Shown here piece by piece: positions 24,859 through 32,000 of a stretch of DNA of 32,000 bases; within the stretch, counting starts at the first letter, position 1, and each line of letters opens with the position of its first letter. A model generated the notes under the pieces. It saw only the letters and a program-made list of their open reading frames with translations, was not told the DNA's origin and ran no database searches. Origin of the DNA: Candidatus Saccharimonadota bacterium (GTDB taxonomy: Bacteria; Patescibacteriota; Saccharimonadia; Saccharimonadales; Saccharimonadaceae). The translations under genes were made by a program, and so were the position numbers. The stretch spans positions 840,001 to 872,000 of the forward strand of contig MKSO01000001.1 of NCBI GenBank assembly GCA_001897305.1. Reading direction: 5' to 3'.

Positions 24859-25335
24859 CTACCGCGAACGTTCGTAGTGGCAGGTATAGCCGCCCGGGTG
24901 CTTACGAAGATAATCTTGATGATAGTCCTCGGCAGGCCAAAAGGTCGTGAGGGGTTCTATACTCGTAACGATTGGGCTTTTCCAGTACTGCTGATTACGA
25001 TCAACCGCTTGCTTTGCGGCGCTGGCAGTCTCGGCATCTTCAAAGAAAATAGTTGAGCGGTAGCTTGACCCTATGTCATTACCTTGACGGTTCATAGTGG
25101 TTGGGTCGTGAATTTGAAAGAAATAATCGAGAAGTGTACCGACATTTGTCTGAGAGGGATCGTAGAATATTTCAAGGCTTTCAGCATGCCCGGGGTGGTT
25201 TTCGTATGTAGGATGATCGTTTTCACCGCCCGCATACCCTACTTCAGTATCAATAACTCCTGGTTGTTCACGGAAGAGTTCTTCCATACCCCAGAAGCAC
25301 CCACCGGCCACTATCAGCTTACAGTTCGTACTCAT
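24859..25335 (-). CDS. msrA: Peptide-methionine (S)-S-oxide reductase
   Basis: [21 protein letters not shown] active site. ATG 25335 lies 6 nt after TATAAT (25347..25342). The longer track start has no support. Confidence 0.9.
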   Translation of the reverse strand: MSTNCKLIVAGGCFWGMEELFREQPGVIDTEVGYAGGENDHPTYENHPGHAESLEIFYDPSQTNVGTLLDYFFQIHDPTTMNRQGNDIGSSYRSTIFFEDAETASAAKQAVDRNQQYWKSPIVTSIEPLTTFWPAEDYHQDYLRKHPGGYTCHYERSR

Positions 25336-25377
25336 ACTTCTATTATATATGAGCGCTTCGCCTCCCCCCAAAATTGC

Positions 25378-26340
25378 TTGTGCTCGACCCCTAAAAGAGA
25401 TGCTATAAAAGCAGGTTTTAACGATATCGTACGAGGTCTTGTAAACGACGTCTCAGAAAGATTTAACATTCCCGTAACATCAATTAGCGCTCATCACTCA
25501 GACGGACAGTGGCGTATGCCAAGTGAGCTAGAGACGATGGCCTATCACGGATTTACCGACGGTAATGGAAAGCTTTCTCATAGTGGCTACCACCTTTTCG
25601 ATAGTCTCTCGCAAATTGTTGAAGATTCATATAAAAAGTCTCATCGCTCAGTTGAGAAGATTATTGCAAGCGCTTACTTTACAAAACCAGAGCATATTAT
25701 CAATCAGCTCGACTATAGTAAAATATTTGAAGAAAACGTACGACTTGACCATATAGCAGATTTTACTCGCTACGGCGAACACGACGCTACCGTAAGCGGG
25801 CAATTCTCGTACAAAGAAGAGACTCGAACACTATTTACAATTAGCCTGCTTCACAATAGTGTAAGCGATCGCCACTGGATTCAGTCGCGCAAGGACCTGT
25901 ATAAGAAGAATGGCCGCATAAAACATGAATTCTTCAATATACACCAAGGCCCACTACAAAATATTCAAGTTCATTCATTCCAGTCAAAAAGTGATCATGA
26001 CGACCCATTCTCCGAAGGCACAGGAGTAGGCACCGACAGTCACTTTGAGATTCACGTATTCAAGAACTCGGCATTATGCGGTGGATTACCGTACGAAATA
26101 ATTAATGCTAATGAAAAAATAGATACAGAAGGTAAACTCATCACTGAAGGATCGAAACAAATTATGTGCCAAGAATTTGTAGCGTTCTGTAGAGGAAGTA
26201 TTCAAAAGAAAGATTTACGATCAGAAATATCTAAACACGGCGTAGGTATTGCACTTCTCGCCGCATCTTACAAGAGCGGTGCAAGCAAAGGTAAGGGTAT
26301 CGAAGCCGACCTATTCAACGGCACCTGGCATCTCACGTAG
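25378..26340 (+). pseudogene. Gfo/Idh/MocA-family oxidoreductase, C-terminal part only (likely a 5'-truncated remnant)
   Basis: TDGNGKLSHSGYHLFDSLSQIV resembles the GGG.l.D.G.H.iD motif of the Gfo/Idh/MocA C-terminal domain. No Rossmann domain exists because the upstream part of the track ORF is antisense to msrA. The first in-frame ATG is at 25516 and a TTG is at 25378. Confidence 0.4.
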
Positions 26341-26955
26341 AGGTTTTAGCGCAAAATTAGCAACTTGGCTCGACGTCGTACCGCTACTACCCATCTCAAA
26401 AAGAGCAATCCTATTAAAACTACCGTCAAACCCTTTTCCGTAAGAATCCGAACAAGAGACACTTGAGTCTTCTTCTATAAATCGAGCAACTGTCATATGA
26501 GGGTCATATGCATCACCAATAGACTTCCAGCCATACTGCTCTACATTTCGCTGCTCTATTACAGTTGCGCTCTTTACTCCAATAAAGCTATCCGGATGAG
26601 TTTCCGCCCTTAGTGGATTAAGTCTATCAACGACTTCTCGCTGTAAACGAGTCACCTCTCTAGTCCTCGCAAACATCGCTGCCAAATAACGGTTCCGTAT
26701 TCTCCAACCCAAAAAACTCAGATCAATACCATCATACCGCTTAGCTATGCCAGATAGCTCAATCACGATTTCGTCGAGATGTTGTGAATGAATTTGCAGC
26801 ATATAAAGGCTCATATGAGGGACGACCTTATCGTTAAATATGAATTCCGAGCCGTGCTCATCAAGCCGCTCATTAAGCTCCCTTGCGCTTTCATCTAACT
26901 TATGTTCAGGCAAAAGTGCCACAATATACGCTTGAGCATTAAAACCTACTTTCAC
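26311..26955 (-). CDS. 2H phosphoesterase superfamily protein (LigT/cyclic phosphodiesterase-like)
   Basis: Two H-x-[ST]-x motifs: HMSL at residues 47-50 and HMTV at 153-156. The start is GTG with no SD. Its 3' end overlaps the convergent remnant by 30 nt. Confidence 0.6.
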   Translation of the reverse strand: MKVGFNAQAYIVALLPEHKLDESARELNERLDEHGSEFIFNDKVVPHMSLYMLQIHSQHLDEIVIELSGIAKRYDGIDLSFLGWRIRNRYLAAMFARTREVTRLQREVVDRLNPLRAETHPDSFIGVKSATVIEQRNVEQYGWKSIGDAYDPHMTVARFIEEDSSVSCSDSYGKGFDGSFNRIALFEMGSSGTTSSQVANFALKPLREMPGAVE

Positions 26956-27211
26956 ATCAGAGTCCAGGGTAATATTATCGATATGCGCTTTTGTTCTTCC
27001 ATTGTGGTTTGAGTTGAGATAATGCAGCCTTCAATACTCTCCTTTGTCAACCTTTTAACAAGATAGTCTCGACCTAGATTAGATACTCAACGAGACTTAC
27101 ATGGATTTCTCCTATTCTTAAGTATAGCAAAACAAAAACACCATGACTTTCATCATAGTGCCTATGTTTGGCTCCGCTTACAGGTCACGGACTTTAAAAT
27201 AAAATAAATTA

Positions 27212-27350
27212 CTAAACATTTCTCTTTTTGCTTAGTGCTTTTCCGATGAGGGGACCCAACAACAGACCGATAGGGATTCCTATTGCAACATTATCTAGTA
27301 GCGCCAGTCCAAAATCCAGCGCCTAGGCAGAGTCCTAATACGATACCCAT
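27212..27350 (-). pseudogene. Frameshifted small Gly-rich membrane-protein ORF
   Basis: ATG 27350 gives MGIVLGLCLGAGFWTGATR then a stop. One nt later the reading continues as DNVAIGIPIGLLLGPLIGKALSKKRNV then a stop. The span is 139 nt (3n+1). Confidence 0.3.
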
Positions 27351-27434
27351 TACGAGGTTATTGCTTCCTTCGTTTGAGTTTTTCTTATCGATGACCTTAG
27401 CGTATTATACGCAAATATCGTTTTGTAAAAGAGG

Positions 27435-27463
27435 TTGAATTATAGACATTGAATGTATATAAT
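27435..27463 (+). promoter_or_regulatory. Promoter of the rrf2-yhgE operon
   Basis: TTGAAT (27435-27440), a 17 nt spacer, TATAAT (27458-27463), then 9 nt before ATG 27473. A second TTGAAT copy lies at 27449-27454. Confidence 0.6.
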
Positions 27464-27472
27464 AGATGACAT

Positions 27473-27907
27473 ATGAGGTTATCGAAAACAGTCGAACAGG
27501 CGTGTTGCATACTATCTATTCTTGCCGAGCATCACGGTCAACCCGTGACAAACGTTGAGTTGAACGAGCGCATGAATGTATCGCAATCATACCTTACCAA
27601 AATAACTCGCAAATTGGTTATCGCGGGCATTATTACATCCGCACAGGGCGTCAAAGGTGGCTTTATACTCGCACGACCGATGACTTCTATTACACTTGGC
27701 GATGTCGTCAAAGCTACCGATGGCTCAGCGCCATTCTTTCGACCAACAAACCTTATAAAACAAGCTTTTCCCGCCCGAGAGTACATAACCCGCAAGGGCG
27801 TTAAACTATTGCACGACGCCTTTACGCAAGCTGAACAAAAATGGTTTGATGAGCTGAACCTTACGACAATGGAGCAACTAATTAGCAAGGCAAAGACTAC
27901 ACGATAA
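27473..27907 (+). CDS. Rrf2-family transcriptional regulator (no Fe-S ligand set)
   Basis: wHTH VSQSYLTKITRKLVIAGIITSAQGVKGGFILARP. The only Cys are the adjacent residues 11-12. Confidence 0.85.
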   Translation: MRLSKTVEQACCILSILAEHHGQPVTNVELNERMNVSQSYLTKITRKLVIAGIITSAQGVKGGFILARPMTSITLGDVVKATDGSAPFFRPTNLIKQAFPAREYITRKGVKLLHDAFTQAEQKWFDELNLTTMEQLISKAKTTR

Positions 27908-29886
27908 TGACTAAACAAAACCGCACCACGAAGAAAACTCTGCGAGATACAGCACTCTACAACGAGTGGTACCATCTTAAGACAAGCCGCATATTAATAG
28001 TATCGGTCATTGTAATGCTATTCATTCCTATCATGTACGGAGGTTTTTTCCTGGGCTCTATTTGGGATCCATATGGTAATACGAAAAACCTTCCTGTTGC
28101 GGTTGTCAATAACGATAAAGGCGCAACCCTTAAAGACAAGAAGGTTGCGGTGGGAGACGAGCTCGTCAATACACTCAAGGACGAACACTCGTTTGAATGG
28201 CATTTTGTATCTGAGGATAAAGCCGACAAAGGCCTGGATAACGGCAGTTACTATATGAAAATCGTCATCCCAGAGAACGCGTCAGAAAATGTCACAACTA
28301 TTACCTCTGATACACCATCAAAAACAACCATCGCCTACACGACAACTCCATCGCGTAACTATATTGCTTCACTTTTAACAAACCAAGCAGCCCAAACCAT
28401 CGCTCAAAGTGTTTCGACCAAAATCACAACCGCCTACGCTCAATCTATTCTTGAGCAAATCGGCGAACTGAAGACTGGCTTGAATACGGCCGCGGACGGT
28501 GCTACTCAGTTGAGTAACGGTTCGGCACAGCTGCAGTCGGGCATCCGTACCTACACCGGTGGTGTTGCTAAGGTGCATAATGGCATAGAGCAGCTCTCAG
28601 CCGGGCTACCTACAGCGTCACAAATTGCACAACTTTCAGATGGGGTTAAAAGCGTACAGTCGGGCGTAAATGCCCTAAACAATGCCGTGTCTACACCTAG
28701 TGGAGCTTTGGTTGCTCAGCAAACACTCGTGCAAAGTGATGCGGCCGCTCTGCAAGCGGCACTTGTGAACTATCAAACAGCCGCCTCAAGCGCCCAACCA
28801 AGCTTGGCTGCCTTGCAAACGGCGCTAGCGGCAGGCACTTCAACAGTGACCGTCAATTCGAGCGATATATCTGCAGCACTTCAGATAGTGAGTGCCTCGC
28901 AAACCATTACACAGAAGTCTGCGAGCCTACTCACAAACCTAAATACGCTCACTGCCATGCTCACTGCGCAGCAGGCTACCCTGAAAAGTTCGGTAGCAAC
29001 CCTTAATACCGGTGTCAACACGCTTACTCCCGGTCTCCTAAGTGCTGTCGATGGGTATACGACGCTGGCTTCTGGCAGCTCGCAACTTCTGGCTGGTACG
29101 AACCAGCTGTCCGCTTCGTCAGCCGCGTTGAATGACGGTGCCACCCAGATCAGCGATGGATCGGCAAGGCTTGCAAGCGCCCTAACAAGCGCCGCACAGC
29201 AGGTATCTGTTCAGCCGACAGGTGAGGCCACAGCCAAACAGCTCGCCCAACCAGTCGATACTCATCACAGCGAAACCGCCCACGTGCCTAATTATGGCTA
29301 CGCACTGTCGCCCTATGTTCTATCCCTCGGTCTTTACGTAGGTGCGTTGGTGTTTAACGTTATCTACCCGGTACGTCGCTTATACGCAAACCCTCGAAAC
29401 TCTCGTTCATGGTGGTACGCCAAAATGTCCGTTGCCTTTGCCGTGGCAATTGGTCAGGCGCTCGTGCTTGATGCCATTATGGTGATAGGCCTTGGCCTCC
29501 ACCCCGACCAGCCCGGCAAATTTATACTGCTGAGCATCGTTACGTCAATGACCTACATGTCAATTGTTTCATTTCTAGCAATTGCGCTCGATAACATCGG
29601 CCGCTTCCTTGCCATGTTACTACTGGTATTACAGCTTAGCGCGGCCGGTGGCGTCTTCCCCATTCTCCTTTCATCTGGCTTCTTCCAGGCAGTGAACCCT
29701 TTGATGCCAATGACGTATTCAATTTATGGTTTCCGAGAAGCAATTTCCTCGGGTCTTGGTGCTGGGGTCTATTGGTCTAGCCTACTTATACTCGTTGCGA
29801 TTGGCGTGGTGGCCAACCTTATGCTTATTACTGCATTTCGCATCCATGGAAACCGACGCTTCCAGCATGAAAGCATAGATACCTAG
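27907..29886 (+). CDS. YhgE/Pip domain-containing membrane protein
   Basis: 659 aa with an N-terminal TM helix. The central Ala/Gln/Ser/Thr-rich region carries L-x-x-G heptad repeats (QLSNGSAQLQSG, QLSAGL, QLSDGVKSVQSGVNAL, QLLAGTNQLS). The C-terminus has a 5-TM ABC-2-like domain. TAATG overlap with rrf2. Confidence 0.85.
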   Translation: MTKQNRTTKKTLRDTALYNEWYHLKTSRILIVSVIVMLFIPIMYGGFFLGSIWDPYGNTKNLPVAVVNNDKGATLKDKKVAVGDELVNTLKDEHSFEWHFVSEDKADKGLDNGSYYMKIVIPENASENVTTITSDTPSKTTIAYTTTPSRNYIASLLTNQAAQTIAQSVSTKITTAYAQSILEQIGELKTGLNTAADGATQLSNGSAQLQSGIRTYTGGVAKVHNGIEQLSAGLPTASQIAQLSDGVKSVQSGVNALNNAVSTPSGALVAQQTLVQSDAAALQAALVNYQTAASSAQPSLAALQTALAAGTSTVTVNSSDISAALQIVSASQTITQKSASLLTNLNTLTAMLTAQQATLKSSVATLNTGVNTLTPGLLSAVDGYTTLASGSSQLLAGTNQLSASSAALNDGATQISDGSARLASALTSAAQQVSVQPTGEATAKQLAQPVDTHHSETAHVPNYGYALSPYVLSLGLYVGALVFNVIYPVRRLYANPRNSRSWWYAKMSVAFAVAIGQALVLDAIMVIGLGLHPDQPGKFILLSIVTSMTYMSIVSFLAIALDNIGRFLAMLLLVLQLSAAGGVFPILLSSGFFQAVNPLMPMTYSIYGFREAISSGLGAGVYWSSLLILVAIGVVANLMLITAFRIHGNRRFQHESIDT

Positions 29887-29973
29887 TAAACGCATGGGTG
29901 CTGTGCTGACGATTGCTACGGCCAATGCTTCATGTTATACCCATTGTACTATGGCATACAGAACTAACTGCTA

Positions 29974-30321
29974 TTACTTCAGCAAATATTGCCGCAGCAC
30001 TTCAGCTTCATTATTCGCACTATCCCGTGCGCCATATAGTAATGTTACCTTATCGTGCTTGCGCCAATTGCTAATGATTCCGGCAGCTTCGGGGTTCTGC
30101 TTTACTTCATCAATATACCGCTTGGTAAATGCCGCAAACTTGGCTGGGTCGTGCGCGAACCACTTGCGCAGGTCGGTGCTGGGTGCAATATCCTTAGCCC
30201 ATTCGTCCAGTGCGGCTCGCTCCTTACTCACGCCGCGCGGCCACAGCCGGTCTACCAGCACGCGGTAGCCGTCATTCGGATTGGCTGGTTCATATATCCG
30301 TTTTATAACAAACTGGGTCAT
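29974..30321 (-). CDS. DUF488 (YeaO-like) family protein
   Basis: 115 aa: IKRIYEPANPNDGYRVLVDRLWPRGVSKE...WAKDIAPSTDLRKWFAHDP. Confidence 0.8.
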   Translation of the reverse strand: MTQFVIKRIYEPANPNDGYRVLVDRLWPRGVSKERAALDEWAKDIAPSTDLRKWFAHDPAKFAAFTKRYIDEVKQNPEAAGIISNWRKHDKVTLLYGARDSANNEAEVLRQYLLK

Positions 30322-30336
30322 ACCTCTAGTTTCCTC

Positions 30337-30909
30337 CTACTTTTTCGATACATATGGATTATTTGTGACATAAAACCGCCGCAGCTCATGCACAGCCTTT
30401 GAAATGCCAATGCGCTTGCCGGTAGTAACTGCGCTATCCGGCAGTGCCGGCTTTTTAATTAATTGCACAGGCGGCTCGGCTAAATCATGGCCGCTGTAGC
30501 GCCGATCGATATCCAGCGCCGCGCATATTTTACCCGGGCCATTGGTTACATTCACACCCGTCATGCCCCGCCGCGCTTCAATAGCCTCTATTCCCTCCAA
30601 CGGCTCGACCGCCCGTATCAGCACGCCCGAGCCATACCCTTCCGGCCCGCACACCACATTGCAGCAATGGTGCATACCGTAGGTAAAGTATACATACATA
30701 TGCCCGGCGCTTTTAAACATCGCGTCATTGCGTCCCGTCCGCCCATTGAATGTATGGCTGGCTTCGTCTCCTTGGTCGTACGCCTCTGTCTCCACAATCC
30801 GCACACGAATCTCCCTACCCCCAATTTCTCGCACCAGCTCACAACCCAGCAACCGCCGTGCCGCTACCTCGGCCGGCACATTGAGCCATGCAAAGTCATC
30901 TTTTCTCAT
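30337..30909 (-). CDS. mpg: DNA-3-methyladenine glycosylase (Mpg/AAG family)
   Basis: IVETEAYDQGDEASHTFNGRTGRNDAMFKSAGHMYVYFTYGMHHCCNVV...VLIRAVEP. ATG 30909 lies 7 nt after TATAAT (30922..30917). The longer track start is unsupported. Confidence 0.85.
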   Translation of the reverse strand: MRKDDFAWLNVPAEVAARRLLGCELVREIGGREIRVRIVETEAYDQGDEASHTFNGRTGRNDAMFKSAGHMYVYFTYGMHHCCNVVCGPEGYGSGVLIRAVEPLEGIEAIEARRGMTGVNVTNGPGKICAALDIDRRYSGHDLAEPPVQLIKKPALPDSAVTTGKRIGISKAVHELRRFYVTNNPYVSKK

Positions 30910-31019
30910 TACTTTCATTATACTCTGTGTAATGGATGCGTGGTGAAGGCAACCCAATCCCACTACAACCTAGAGGCTATACAGAATCTAAAAGATATCT
31001 CGTCATTTACTAACAAAGG

Positions 31020-31049
31020 GAATCCAGTAGCACTCATACTACTGGATTC
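31020..31049. other. Perfect 11 bp hairpin in an AT-rich spacer (possible terminator of the clp/bPH operon)
   Basis: GAATCCAGTAG cactcata CTACTGGATTC. On the minus strand it is followed by CCTTTGTT. Confidence 0.35.
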
Positions 31050-31248
31050 TCTAAAATATAATTTTGGCTCAGCATACGAGTCACGGAATAATCACGGCGG
31101 GGGTGGGGCACGAGATGAGACAAATGAGACACGAAACACATATACTTGAAATGTCTCGTTTTTACGGATTTAATAGATTTTTACGAACATAATCCGCACT
31201 TAGATTAACTCTTCTTATAGAAAGGTTTGTTTAGATGACTTATGGTGA

Positions 31249-31752
31249 TTAACCCGCTCTGTCTGTTAGTTCGTCACGATGATCGGGGTTACGTCCGGCG
31301 TCAGCTAACATATCACGCCGTTTTTCTGTCTGTATCCAATGAGGCACGTCTACTACTCCCGAGTCCTCGAGAAGCAGCCCTTCAATAATCTCTTTCGCTT
31401 CAACTGCTACTTTCTTGTTTAAGCCTTTTATATTTAGTTCGTGAGCCGTATTTTTGCCAATGATTCGCAAGCCACCAAAAATTGGTGTGTTTACGTAAAC
31501 AATCCGCCCTATATCTTTTACAGGCATGGTTTCTACATACGAAAACAAGAAATCATTATGGACAACCGAAATGGTCTTTTCCTGAATAACTAACTCGTCA
31601 GGGAATATGTCAGTAATCCAATGGGCCTTTACCCTAAACAGTTCGCGGTTACGTTTTTTGGTTGAGGGTAGATTGCTAGATTCAACCCTGCCGCTTTGTA
31701 TCTGCGCGGGATACGGTGTTCTTCGACTGATTTTGTTCTGATCATCTACCAT
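31249..31752 (-). CDS. Hypothetical protein with a bacterial PH-like (bPH) core
   Basis: 167 aa. ELVIQEKTISVVHNDFLFSYVETMPVKDIGRIVYVNTPIFGGLRIIGKN...LNIKGLNKKVAVEAKEIIEGL fits the bPH pattern. There is no TM helix. The start overlaps the upstream stop (ATGGTAG). Confidence 0.55.
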   Translation of the reverse strand: MVDDQNKISRRTPYPAQIQSGRVESSNLPSTKKRNRELFRVKAHWITDIFPDELVIQEKTISVVHNDFLFSYVETMPVKDIGRIVYVNTPIFGGLRIIGKNTAHELNIKGLNKKVAVEAKEIIEGLLLEDSGVVDVPHWIQTEKRRDMLADAGRNPDHRDELTDRAG

Positions 31753-32000
31753 AAAGTTACCCTCTGCTTTGTATCAAAGCTGTATTTGTTATTGTCGTAT
31801 TTAACAATTACCTCGCTTCCCTGTTTTATCGAACCATCAATGATGTTTTTTGCTAGTGCATTCAATTTGCGATTTTGTATGACGCGTTTGAGCGGGCGAG
31901 CGCCAAATGCCAGGTCGTAACCTTCTGTTGCTAGCGCTTTTTTTGTGGAGTCGGCAAATTCCAGCCTAATGTTCTTTGATGCTTCAATGTGGCGAGCGAG
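31746..32000 (-). CDS. ClpB/ClpC-type AAA+ chaperone, C-terminal 84 aa only (gene continues beyond the window end)
   Basis: Not in the ORF track. My translation is LARHIEASKNIRLEFADSTKKALATEGYDLAFGARPLKRVIQNRKLNALAKNIIDGSIKQGSEVIVKYDNNKYSFDTKQRVTLW then a stop. GARPLKR is the sensor-2 motif of the Clp/Hsp100 D2 small domain. Confidence 0.8.
   Translation of the reverse strand, partial: LARHIEASKNIRLEFADSTKKALATEGYDLAFGARPLKRVIQNRKLNALAKNIIDGSIKQGSEVIVKYDNNKYSFDTKQRVTLW

Noticed and set aside
25084-25377. N-terminal 97 residues of the 418 aa track ORF, considered as the missing Rossmann domain of the oxidoreductase.
   Set aside because: This part is the antisense frame of msrA. It shows no GxGxxG or other NAD-binding features.
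27538-27975. A 145 aa minus-strand ORF.
   Set aside because: It is antisense to the Rrf2 gene, which has a clear wHTH, a promoter and coupling to yhgE.
28480-29230. Repetitive central part of yhgE, considered as a DNA tandem repeat or a phase-variable tract.
   Set aside because: The periodicity is at the protein level (L-x-x-G heptads). I see no long identical nucleotide repeat units or homopolymer tracts.
29894-31149. Plus-strand ORFs of 124, 115, 220 and 72 aa across the DUF488/mpg islet.
   Set aside because: These are antisense frames kept open by the high GC. The minus-strand products have unmistakable DUF488 and Mpg signatures.
1-32000. Search for tRNA/rRNA genes, CRISPR arrays, transposase or integrase genes and known defence-system signatures.
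   Set aside because: I found no T-loop-like GGTTCGAATCC motifs, no regularly spaced direct repeats and no recombinase-like ORFs. The compositional islets lack recognisable mobility genes or long terminal repeats.

Overview
The window is about 46-48% GC by eye and densely coding, with about 38 protein genes. I found no rRNA, tRNA, CRISPR array, transposase or integrase. Contents from left to right:
- Six translationally coupled minus-strand genes form an actinobacterial-style C50-carotenoid operon: crtE, crtB, crtI, two small lycopene-cyclase-domain subunits, and a CrtEb-like UbiA prenyltransferase cut by the window edge.
- An ABC-2 exporter operon with an unknown third gene.
- An orphan nrdH inside a roughly 400 bp islet of about 59% GC.
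- A divergent MFS / Mur-ligase pair.
- A wHTH-NUDIX protein divergent from a CYTH + uridine-kinase fusion.
- A stretch rich in base-excision repair genes: a cysteine-free MutY-like glycosylase, an MBL hydrolase, an AlkA-like glycosylase and a MutT-like NUDIX (Mpg lies further right).
- A short type-2 AspRS, a CBS membrane protein and DsbA.
- An AbrB-like regulator with a DHA2 MFS pump, an AI-2E transporter and MsrA.
- A lower-GC decay zone holding a 5'-truncated Gfo/Idh/MocA remnant, a 2H phosphoesterase and a frameshifted mini-ORF.
- An Rrf2 + YhgE/Pip operon.
- A DUF488-mpg islet of about 57-59% GC.
- The C-terminus of a ClpB/ClpC-type ATPase, translationally coupled to a bPH-like protein.

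The gene content is compatible with a small-genome, Gram-positive-type organism, possibly Saccharibacteria-like. The supporting signs are the short archaeal-type AspRS, many small exported hypotheticals and frequent leaderless starts. Taxonomy cannot be established from this window.

I do not see a defence island or a clear new multi-gene machine. The observations most worth follow-up are:
- the C50 carotenoid operon in this genomic context;
- several small high-GC islets that suggest gene capture from high-GC donors;
- the wHTH-NUDIX / CYTH-kinase pair;
- the pervasive leaderless, ultra-compact promoter architecture.
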